From assembly GCA_019310485.1 (NCBI GenBank), contig JAFDEF010000002.1, positions 28,124 to 92,123 of the forward strand: a stretch of 64,000 bases of DNA, given 5' to 3'. This DNA is from Deltaproteobacteria bacterium (GTDB lineage Bacteria > Desulfobacterota > DSM-4660 > Desulfatiglandales > HGW-15). Below are positions 1 through 7,675 of this stretch, in pieces. The notes under the pieces are model-generated. The model was not told where the DNA came from, searched no databases, and saw only the letters and a program-made list of their open reading frames with translations. How positions within the stretch are numbered: the stretch's first letter is position 1; every line of letters begins with the position of its first letter. The position numbers were made by a program, and so were the translations under genes.

Positions 1-261
1 GGCAAGTTTCCCGGTGTTTCCTCCCCCAGACTGGCTTTCGGCAGGTGCTTGAAAGGGCTGGATTTCGACTGCATGGATGGGCAGCCCGCGTACCTGTTTT
101 TCCTGTTGGTAGCGCCTGAAAATTCTGCCAGCGTGCACTTAAAGGCCTTGGCCAAGATAGCGAAAATCTTGAAAAATAGCTCGTTCCGCAAGTTGTTGCT
201 GGAAGCTAACGACAAGCGGGAAATCTACCAGACGATTATCAAAAACGACGAAGACTTTTAG
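1..261 (+). CDS. ptsN: PTS EIIA-Ntr (PtsN-like) nitrogen-regulatory protein, C-terminal part; the 5' end is outside the window
   Basis: Frame 1 is open from base 1 (GKFPGVSSPRLAFGRCLKGLDFDCMDGQPAYLFFLLVAPENSASVHLKALAKIAKIL...). This matches the PtsN/EIIA-fructose C-terminal pattern (D-G-x-P-V..lvFll.aP....HL..La.la). Confidence 0.65.
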   Translation, partial: GKFPGVSSPRLAFGRCLKGLDFDCMDGQPAYLFFLLVAPENSASVHLKALAKIAKILKNSSFRKLLLEANDKREIYQTIIKNDEDF

Positions 262-304
262 GGGAGCTTCCACACGGGGAAACATCAAAGTGCGGGTTTG
301 ACTT

Positions 305-706
305 ATGATAGGACTATTGATTGTCACGCATTGCGACCTGGGAGGGGAACTGCTCAATGCTGCACAGTTCATTGTTGGAAAAATTGACAATGCCGACACA
401 GTTCCGATTACGGAAACCACGGGAAGCGAAAAAATCAGGAAGGTAATCGAAGAAAGGGTCAATGCCCTTAATACTGGGGATGGAGTCATTATCCTTACAG
501 ATATGTTTGGTGGAACACCTTCAAATTTAAGTCTTTCTTTTCTGAAAAAAGAAAAGGTCGAAGTCCTGACAGGGGTCAATCTCCCGATGATAATAGCTAT
601 AATTCAAAATCGGCCAAACCTAAAACTGGATGCTGTTGCGGAAAAGGCCCAGGAAGCCGGCAAGAATGGAATATCTCTGGCAAGCAAGCTGCTGGAGTCA
701 TCATGA
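305..706 (+). CDS. PTS EIIA component, mannose/sorbose type (regulatory PTS)
   Basis: 133 aa. The N-terminus MIGLLIVTHCDLGGELL carries the conserved His of EIIA-Man. It sits next to ptsN, as in regulatory PTS clusters. Confidence 0.7.
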   Translation: MIGLLIVTHCDLGGELLNAAQFIVGKIDNADTVPITETTGSEKIRKVIEERVNALNTGDGVIILTDMFGGTPSNLSLSFLKKEKVEVLTGVNLPMIIAIIQNRPNLKLDAVAEKAQEAGKNGISLASKLLESS

Positions 707-1185
707 ACTCCATTGTAGAGATCACCGAGGAGAACCAGGGATTATACTTGGGCCCAATCCTGGAAATCGAGAATCTTTCCTTCCCCTCCCCGTGGTCGCT
801 TAACGGATTTGTGCAGGAAATAAAAAACCCGATTTCACACTTAAGGGCGCTTCTCAGGGGTAAAACCCTGGAAGGTTACAATTGCTTCTGGATGTTTGAC
901 AGGGAGATTCAGCTCGTCAACATAGCCGTGCATCCGGTTGCAAGAAATAAGGGGGTTGCTTCGACCCTTATAAAAAACATGATTGAAAGCGCCGCTCACG
1001 CACAGATGTATTCTGTTTGGCTGGAGGTTAGGGTATCTAATTTCAAAGCCAGGAACCTGTATGAGAAGATCGGGTTTCAGGAAGTTGGGCGAAGGCGCGG
1101 CTATTACCATGACACGAAGGAAGATGCAATAGTTATGTCACTTGCCATTGCGGGAAAAAGAAGATTGAGCAATGTCTCAAATTGA
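703..1185 (+). CDS. rimI: ribosomal-protein-alanine N-acetyltransferase (GNAT family)
   Basis: 160 aa with a GNAT core (NIAVHPVARNKGVASTLI ... LEVRVSNFKARNLYEKIGFQEVGRRRGYY). ATGA start/stop overlap with the upstream gene. Confidence 0.8.
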   Translation: MNSIVEITEENQGLYLGPILEIENLSFPSPWSLNGFVQEIKNPISHLRALLRGKTLEGYNCFWMFDREIQLVNIAVHPVARNKGVASTLIKNMIESAAHAQMYSVWLEVRVSNFKARNLYEKIGFQEVGRRRGYYHDTKEDAIVMSLAIAGKRRLSNVSN

Positions 1186-1258
1186 ATAGAGTGTTTGTTT
1201 CTTCCACATTTGGTATATGCGTATTTTTTCTCGGAATATTTCAGGAGGGAGGTAGGTA

Positions 1259-2257
1259 ATGTCGGTAAAAGTTGCAATTAATGGTTTCGGCCGTATTGGG
1301 AGAATGACTTTCAGGGCAGGTATTTCAAACGATGAAATAGAGTTTGTTGCCGTAAACGACCTGACGAACCCTGCAACCCTGGCTCACCTCTTAAAGTATG
1401 ATTCTTCCCAGGGAATACTTGATGCTGATGTTTCGCACGCGGATCATTCCCTGATTGTAAATGGAAGGGAGATTCAGATTTTCACTGAAAAAGACCCCTC
1501 TAAGATTCCCTGGGGCGATGTGGGTGCAGAAATCGTGCTCGAATGTACCGGCCTTTTCAGGGACAGGGAAAAAGCTTCTGCCCACCTGAGATCCAGTGTT
1601 CGGAAGGTCATCATCTCTGCGCCCGCCACCAATCCTGACATAACAATCGTAATGGGAGTTAACCACCTGGACTACGATTCTGACAAACATCACATTGTGT
1701 CAAACGCCTCCTGCACGACTAACTGCCTCGCACCCGTGTGCAAGGTGCTTTTAGACAACTTCGGAATAGAAAAGGGACTTATGACGACAACCCATTCTTA
1801 CACCGGAGACCAACGACTCCTCGACTTTCCCCACAGGGATCTTCGGCGGGCAAGAGCAGCCGCTCTTTCCATGATCCCCACCACTACAGGTGCTGCCAAG
1901 GCCGTTGGAGTAGTTCTCCCTCAACTTGCAGGGAAGCTGAGTGCAATGGCAATCAGGGTACCAACGCCGAACGTCTCAGTGGTCGACCTGGTAGCGCAGC
2001 TTTCCAGGCGGGCAAGTGTTGATGAGGTCAACGCTGCTATGAAAGAAGCTGCCGAGGGACAGTTAAAGGGCATACTTGCTTACTGTGAGGAACCACTGGT
2101 ATCCATTGATTTCAATGGAACCAGCGTTTCCGGTACAGTGGACGCTCTTTCCACAATGGCAGTGGATGACATGGTAAAAGTAATAGCCTGGTATGACAAT
2201 GAGTTCGGATATTCAAGCCGGATGGTTGATCTGGCTCTCTATATGGCAAAGGCGTAA
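1259..2257 (+). CDS. gap: type I glyceraldehyde-3-phosphate dehydrogenase
   Basis: 332 aa with the INGFGRIGR NAD-binding N-terminus and the active-site motif SNASCTTNCLAP. GGAGG-type RBS upstream. Confidence 0.95.
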   Translation: MSVKVAINGFGRIGRMTFRAGISNDEIEFVAVNDLTNPATLAHLLKYDSSQGILDADVSHADHSLIVNGREIQIFTEKDPSKIPWGDVGAEIVLECTGLFRDREKASAHLRSSVRKVIISAPATNPDITIVMGVNHLDYDSDKHHIVSNASCTTNCLAPVCKVLLDNFGIEKGLMTTTHSYTGDQRLLDFPHRDLRRARAAALSMIPTTTGAAKAVGVVLPQLAGKLSAMAIRVPTPNVSVVDLVAQLSRRASVDEVNAAMKEAAEGQLKGILAYCEEPLVSIDFNGTSVSGTVDALSTMAVDDMVKVIAWYDNEFGYSSRMVDLALYMAKA

Positions 2258-2310
2258 CGCGATTTCTTCTTCCGGACCGGGAGATACCGTCTAATTGTGG
2301 GATGTGAACC

Positions 2311-3081
2311 ATGAGCGAAAGAAAACCCATGATTGCAGGGAACTGGAAGATGAATTTGACCCTTGAACAATCCACTTCCCTGGTAAAGACTATAGTGAAA
2401 GAATGCGGGAGACTTAAAGGAGTCGAGGTCCTGGTAGCCCCGCCCTTTACAGCCCTTTCCACTATTAAAGAGGCGATAGGCGACAGCGGTATTTTGCTTG
2501 CAGCCCAAAATATGCACTGGGAATTAGAAGGCGCTTACACCGGGGAGATCTCCCCTAAAATGTTGGTAGAGGCAGGGTGTTCCCATGTTATTCTCGGTCA
2601 CTCTGAGAGAAGAAACCTTTTTTTTGAGACAAACGACACAATTAATCTTAAAACTGAAGCGGCAATATCCACCGGGCTAGTACCGATCGTGTGTATCGGG
2701 GAGACCTTGGATCAACGGGAGCAAGGCCAAACATCGGAAGTTATCAGGGAGCAACTTGAAGGATCATTGAAAAACCTCTTAGAGAGAAAGAACTTGCCCT
2801 TATCAACCATTCTTGCATACGAACCGGTCTGGGCGATCGGCACCGGCAAAACAGCAACGCCCGATCAAGCACAGGAAGTTCACCAGTTTATCAGGCATTG
2901 GCTGGATGAAAATTTTGGTTCAAGAGCTGCCCGGGCTATAAGGATTCTTTACGGGGGAAGCGTAAAACCTGGAAATATCAGGGAGCTTATGTCCATGCCT
3001 GACATAGACGGTGCCCTTGTGGGAGGGGCCAGTTTGAAGGCACACTCTTTTCTCCCAATTATCAGGTTTCAGGAAAACTAG
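2311..3081 (+). CDS. tpiA: triose-phosphate isomerase
   Basis: 256 aa with the motifs MIAGNWKMN, GHSERR and AYEPVWAIGTG. Confidence 0.95.
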   Translation: MSERKPMIAGNWKMNLTLEQSTSLVKTIVKECGRLKGVEVLVAPPFTALSTIKEAIGDSGILLAAQNMHWELEGAYTGEISPKMLVEAGCSHVILGHSERRNLFFETNDTINLKTEAAISTGLVPIVCIGETLDQREQGQTSEVIREQLEGSLKNLLERKNLPLSTILAYEPVWAIGTGKTATPDQAQEVHQFIRHWLDENFGSRAARAIRILYGGSVKPGNIRELMSMPDIDGALVGGASLKAHSFLPIIRFQEN

Positions 3082-3174
3082 AACAAAGATTTTTTGTTGC
3101 ATTAAATGCTTTTTTTGCTAAGATTTCATAGATAGAAGAATAGAAGGTCTGGATTTCAGACAGGAAAATAACTT

Positions 3175-3501
3175 ATGAGGCTTATATTAATATTGATTCA
3201 CGTCCTGGTTTGCCTTGCCCTTATACTGATTATTCTGTTTCAAAGGGGTAAGGGCGCTGATATGGGGGCTGCTTTTGGCGGCTCCAGCCAGGCTGTTTTT
3301 GGAAGCACGGGGGCGACCTCATTCCTTCACAAGATGACGGTGGCTGCTGCTGTTGTATTTATGCTAACCTCTCTGATTCTTGCCTTCCTGTTCGGAAGGG
3401 GTGCCACCTCCTCTGTGATGAAAGGGGTAAAACCGCCCCAGTCGCAAACGACCCAACTGCCTCAGAGTGCTCCCCCTGCTGGTGGCTCTGAGAAGAAGTA
3501 G
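3175..3501 (+). CDS. secG: preprotein translocase subunit SecG
   Basis: 108 aa, two hydrophobic helices, GGSSQAVFGSTGA motif. It lies between tpiA and tRNA-Leu, the position conserved in many bacteria. Confidence 0.85.
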   Translation: MRLILILIHVLVCLALILIILFQRGKGADMGAAFGGSSQAVFGSTGATSFLHKMTVAAAVVFMLTSLILAFLFGRGATSSVMKGVKPPQSQTTQLPQSAPPAGGSEKK

Positions 3502-3517
3502 TGCTTTTCCCAATAGT

Positions 3518-3604
3518 GCCGAAGTGGTGGAATCTGGTAGACACGCTATCTTGAGGGGGTAGTGGGTTATGCCCGTGCGGGTTCAAGTCCCGCCTTCGGC
3601 ACCA
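3518..3604 (+). tRNA. tRNA-Leu, anticodon GAG, CCA encoded
   Basis: Folded by hand. Acceptor GCCGAAG/CTTCGGC; anticodon stem CTATC/GGTAG with loop TTGAGGG (GAG); long variable arm; T arm GCGGG-TTCAAGT-CCCGC; 3' ACCA. The position after secG mirrors secG-leuU synteny in E. coli. Confidence 0.9.
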
Positions 3605-3609
3605 TTGAC

Positions 3610-3820
3610 AAAAGGGGTCACACCTATTTTCAGACCTATTTTTCAGTTCGAATAATACCACGGATCCTCTATCTCCTGGAACACGTCCTGGCGGTTGGTT
3701 CCGCGCCCTACAGCGTGATGGCATATATTGGGGGGCAAGAAGGCAAGTGTTTCTTAGCATGATTGAGACACATCAGGGGTCCCGAGATAGTGTTAATCAA
3801 AATAGGTGTGACCCCTTTTC
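3610..3820 (+). repeat. Copy A of a ~200-bp MITE-like or structured element with perfect 21-bp terminal inverted repeats
   Basis: AAAAGGGGTCACACCTATTTT at the left end pairs with AAAATAGGTGTGACCCCTTTT at the right end. The interior aligns to copy B (4832-5021) at roughly 80% identity, with a 14-nt indel near the left end. Confidence 0.7.
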
Positions 3821-4702
3821 TATTTTCTTAAGCCTGTACTCTCCCCAAACAAGGAGTTCGATTCCCACAAGTGTGATGGTCCCACCTACAACCTGAGCGA
3901 CACTCGGCACCTGGTGCAGCCAGAAGTAGGAGCCGATAAGGACCAGCAGCGGATTGGTCGCGCGAGCCAGGGAAGCCTTTGACGCCTCGAGATATTGGAG
4001 CCCCGTAAAAAGCAAGAGCACTCCGCAAAAGGGGCCGAAAAACGCGCCTGCGCTGATTTCCAGAAGCGTTGGAAAGGGAGGCAGGGGCCTATCAGTGTGC
4101 AGAAAAAAGAGGTACGAGATGCTGGTAAAAAGCAGGAAGGTTCTGTATGCTGAAAAAGCAAGGGGATGAACATCCTTCAGTATTACCTTAACCAGGATGG
4201 TATTAATGGAAAAGAGAAGGGAGAAAAGAAGAATGAGTAAGAATCCTATGAGAACCGTTTTGCTTGATTTATATGTCATCAATACAACCCCGATTCCCAG
4301 GATCAGGCCGCCGATTCCTTCAAGGGTTGTAAAACGTTCTTTAAGGAAGATGATCCCTAGCGAGATGGTCATTGCAATAGATATATTCTCGTAAAAGGAG
4401 GCAAGTGCAGGATTCATCAGACGAATGGTATAGAAAAACAAAAACGTGCCCGTGACCTCGAATACTCCCATCAAGATGGCGAGGGGGATCCAGCGCCTCG
4501 GGATCCTGAAGGTTTTCAGGCCGCTTGAGAAAGCCATTGATAGGAGATAAAAGATGCTTCCACTCAAAAACCAGTAAAAAAGAAAAGGATAGAGGTCCAT
4601 CCTCGGTTGGACATCCTTGGTAATCAAGAATACTGTGGCTAAACAGACATTGGCCAAGAATATCAGGCCGTAACCTTTTAGAGCTTTTCCCTTAATTTCC
4701 AC
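3797..4702 (-). CDS. EamA/DMT-family (drug/metabolite transporter) permease
   Basis: About 10 hydrophobic segments with the two-EamA-repeat architecture. I prefer the GTG start at 4702 (GGAGGT RBS 6 nt upstream) over the TTG at 4720. The last 8 codons and the stop lie inside repeat copy A. Confidence 0.75.
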   Translation of the reverse strand: MEIKGKALKGYGLIFLANVCLATVFLITKDVQPRMDLYPFLFYWFLSGSIFYLLSMAFSSGLKTFRIPRRWIPLAILMGVFEVTGTFLFFYTIRLMNPALASFYENISIAMTISLGIIFLKERFTTLEGIGGLILGIGVVLMTYKSSKTVLIGFLLILLFSLLFSINTILVKVILKDVHPLAFSAYRTFLLFTSISYLFFLHTDRPLPPFPTLLEISAGAFFGPFCGVLLLFTGLQYLEASKASLARATNPLLVLIGSYFWLHQVPSVAQVVGGTITLVGIELLVWGEYRLKKIEKGSHLF

Positions 4703-4831
4703 TTTTGCACCTCCAAACAAGGCGAGGGCATGGCAGCAACAACAAGCACTTAGAGATGCACTCCGTCCCTCGCCCTTCTATCTTCTCAAATCTTCAGCAC
4801 CTTCATTTCTTTGACAACCCACGAATCCAGA

Positions 4832-5021
4832 AAAAGGGGTCACACCTATTTTTCACAACCCACCCTCTGCCTCTTGGAACACGCACGTCCTGGCAGTTGG
4901 TTCCGGGCTGTACAGTGTGATGGCGTAAATTTGGGGCAATGAGGCGAGTGTTTCTTTGCACAATTGAGACATCTCAGCACTCCCGATACAGTGTCGATCA
5001 AAATAGGTCTGACCCCTTTTC
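4832..5021 (+). repeat. Copy B of the MITE-like or structured element
   Basis: Same orientation as copy A. TIRs are AAAAGGGGTCACACCTATTTT and AAAATAGGTCTGACCCCTTTT (one mismatch). The core is conserved: GGAACACG..TCCTGGC.GTTGGTTCC...GTGATGGC...AGTGTTTCTT.GCA..ATTGAGACA. Confidence 0.7.
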
Positions 5022-5167
5022 TCAGTTGAAAACAAAAACCTGGGCATGTTAGAAGAAAACATTTGCAAATTCAATCCCAATTAGGGGGTAATTAGAGGGA
5101 CAACATACATATTTAGTTCCGAAAAACAGTAAACTGTAGATAAACAGCTATAGTGTGCTGGATTAAA

Positions 5168-5659
5168 ATGAAGGAAGTGGAGAAAAAATTTCTGGTTAAG
5201 GACGGTTCTTGGCGCAGGGAAGCCCGTGGCTCCCTGTATCGCCAGGGATATCTGTGCGCATTAAAGGAACGGGTAGTCAGGGTGAGGACATTTGATGGGA
5301 GGGGGTTCCTGACAATCAAAGGTGTCACCAGGGGAATCACACGGGTTGAGTATGAGTATGAAATCCCTGTGAGGGAGGCCAACGAAATGCTCGAGCATCT
5401 GTGCAAGAAACCTGTTGTCGAAAAAAAACGTTACAGAATCGAGTATGAGGGCCATGTGTGGGAGGTGGACGAATTCTTGAGTGAAAACCAGGGCCTCGTT
5501 TTGGCAGAGGTAGAGCTAGAAAGGGAAGATGAGGAAATCAAATTTCCTCCCTGGGTCGGTGAAGAAGTTTCCGGGGACCCAAGGTACTACAACATAAATC
5601 TTGTTGATAATCCTTACAAAAATTGGAATGAGAGTAAAACCGAGAAAGAGAGGGGCTGA
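5168..5659 (+). CDS. CYTH-domain protein (triphosphatase / class IV adenylate cyclase fold)
   Basis: The N-terminal MKEVEKKFLV (the E-x-E-x-K signature of CYTH) and the later EYE / EVE acidic strands fit a CYTH domain. ATG at 5168 chosen as start. Confidence 0.7.
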   Translation: MKEVEKKFLVKDGSWRREARGSLYRQGYLCALKERVVRVRTFDGRGFLTIKGVTRGITRVEYEYEIPVREANEMLEHLCKKPVVEKKRYRIEYEGHVWEVDEFLSENQGLVLAEVELEREDEEIKFPPWVGEEVSGDPRYYNINLVDNPYKNWNESKTEKERG

Positions 5660-5715
5660 GCAAAAAGCGTGAATTTGGCTCAAGAAGGGCAAAAACCAGG
5701 GATTGCTCTAACCTT

Positions 5716-7005
5716 TCAGCCGGTTATCATATCGGATAACTCCTGGGCAAACTGAACCAGAAGTTCATCCTCCCCGAATTTCCCCACTATTTGAAGCCCA
5801 TGGGGAAGCCCCGCTTTATCAAAACCACATGGGATCGAAATCGCCGGCATACCAGCGTATGTCCATGGAAGGCTCATGATGGGACTTCCCGTGCTCTCAA
5901 GACCTTCAGGAGCATGGTCCGTAGCTGAAGGTGTAAGCCAGAATCTAATTTCATGCTCATTCATTTCGCGATCAATTTGGTCACGAACTGATTCCCTTCC
6001 AGAAACAAGTTTCTGTAGCTCCTCATTATCGACTCTCAGACCTTTCTCAATCACTTCCACGGTTTTAGGAGAATAAAGATCCCTGTACTTGCTATACCAC
6101 TTCCTGTGAACGCGGGCCATTTCACCAGAAATCATTCTCATATGAAAGTCATTTATTTTTTCAATGTTTGAAAGAGCCTCAAATCGAACTATTGAAATCC
6201 CCTTCTCCTCCATGATTGCCGCCGCCCTGTTCAGAAAATTTATGGTATTTTCGGTAGCCTGACTCAGGTAGGGGCCTTCAGGTATTCCGGCTTTGACCTT
6301 TTCAAGATCCGGCAGGTTGTCTCTGTCCTCCCAGTCGTGAATGAGAACCGTGGAAACAATCGGCAGCAGGGAGGTATCCTTGCAAAAAAAGCCGACATGA
6401 TCAGCAGAAGGTGAAAACGGGAGTATTCCATCAAGGGCAATCCGGCCAAAAGAAGGCTTGAAGCCGACCACGCCACAATATGCTGCCGGCCGAATAACAG
6501 ATGCCGCCGTCTGCGTGCCGAGCGCCAACTGAAAGAATCCCCGGGAAACTCCTGCGGCCGACCCACTGCTTGATCCCCCGGGTGTGTGCCCCGGGTTGTA
6601 GGGATTTCGCGTAGGCCCGGGCTCGAATCCAGCAAACTCCGTGGTAACCGTTTTCCCCATTACAAGCGCTCCTGCTTGCTTTAGTCTGGTCACACAGCTC
6701 GCCTCAGCTCCTTCAAACAAGTGCTGAGGAAGCTTTGAGCCACACCTTGTAGGAAACCCTTTGACGCGGATTATGTCTTTTACGCCAAGGGGCAGCCCGA
6801 ATAGCGCCGGACGGTTTTCCTGTTTCGGAAAATCGTGTAGGAGTCGCCCGGCATCTGAAATTATTCTTTTCCTACCATAGGTGCCGGGCACCAGTGCATG
6901 GATCACCGGATCTTCCTTTTCTATGAGAGAGCAAACCGAATCCAGGTACGAGAGAAGTCCCAGTTTTCCTGAGCGAAGGGCCTCAAGCTCCTCACATGTC
7001 TTCAA
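5716..7005 (-). CDS. amidase-signature family amidase (GatA-like fold)
   Basis: 429 aa with the amidase signature GGSSSGSAAGV and catalytic-Lys context GVKDIIRVKGFPT. The TTG start overlaps the upstream stop (TTGA), and AGGAGG lies 7 nt upstream. Confidence 0.85.
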   Translation of the reverse strand: MKTCEELEALRSGKLGLLSYLDSVCSLIEKEDPVIHALVPGTYGRKRIISDAGRLLHDFPKQENRPALFGLPLGVKDIIRVKGFPTRCGSKLPQHLFEGAEASCVTRLKQAGALVMGKTVTTEFAGFEPGPTRNPYNPGHTPGGSSSGSAAGVSRGFFQLALGTQTAASVIRPAAYCGVVGFKPSFGRIALDGILPFSPSADHVGFFCKDTSLLPIVSTVLIHDWEDRDNLPDLEKVKAGIPEGPYLSQATENTINFLNRAAAIMEEKGISIVRFEALSNIEKINDFHMRMISGEMARVHRKWYSKYRDLYSPKTVEVIEKGLRVDNEELQKLVSGRESVRDQIDREMNEHEIRFWLTPSATDHAPEGLESTGSPIMSLPWTYAGMPAISIPCGFDKAGLPHGLQIVGKFGEDELLVQFAQELSDMITG

Positions 7006-7649
7006 GAGGTTCCCTCCTTCTTGCTTCGCTCCTCAACGTACTTGAAGGAATTTGGCGGGAAAATATAGGAAACTTTTGGGTTCGTACCTTTAGAAACGAG
7101 CACTTGTCTGGATGCCCAAAGTTTCTCCCCGACAGGGCTATCCAGCTCGTCAAGATCCCCGAAAATCATGGCCTTTGAGGGGCATCCTGCAACGCAGGCA
7201 GGCTCCCTTCCCTCCTCTATTCTATGCACGCACAAGGTGCACATCGAGGCCTTTCCAGGTGGATGCTGCCTGTGAGGGTCAAGATTTTCCTCAAGGGGAA
7301 GTTTTTCTCCGGGAAAATATTTCTGATCGGGGTTTATTCCTATGACACCGTAGGGACAGGCCTTTGCGCACTCTGCGTGCCCCTGGCATTTGTCGTGGTC
7401 AATGAGGACAATTCCATCCGGGCGCTTGTTAATCGCGTGCTCAGGGCAAGCTTCAACGCAGGGTGGATTATCGCAGTGCATACATGCGTAACGAAAATAA
7501 ATTATCCTATCCAGCGATTCACCCTCCACTTCGAAAACCCTGTTCCACCACACCCCGGGCAGCGTAAAATTTTCCTCTTTGCACGCCACAACACATGTCA
7601 TGCATCCTGTACAGCGATTCAGGTCAACAACTATCCCGTATCTGGCCAT
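7002..7649 (-). CDS. 4x[4Fe-4S] electron-transfer subunit of a DMSO-reductase-family enzyme (DmsB/PsrB-like)
   Basis: 215 aa with four Cys clusters (CTGCMTCVVACK, CMHCDNPPCVEACP, CQGHAECAKACP, CTLCVHRIEEGREPACVAGCP). Confidence 0.85.
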   Translation of the reverse strand: MARYGIVVDLNRCTGCMTCVVACKEENFTLPGVWWNRVFEVEGESLDRIIYFRYACMHCDNPPCVEACPEHAINKRPDGIVLIDHDKCQGHAECAKACPYGVIGINPDQKYFPGEKLPLEENLDPHRQHPPGKASMCTLCVHRIEEGREPACVAGCPSKAMIFGDLDELDSPVGEKLWASRQVLVSKGTNPKVSYIFPPNSFKYVEERSKKEGTS

Positions 7650-7675
7650 GATTGACTCTTAACCCCCTTCGCTAT

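Noticed and set aside
3562-4920. ORFs 3562-3762 (+), 4705-4920 (+) and 4853-5080 (-), which run through the tRNA or the repeat copies.
   Set aside because: The two repeat copies differ by frame-shifting indels, so no reading frame is conserved between them. One ORF also starts inside the tRNA gene.
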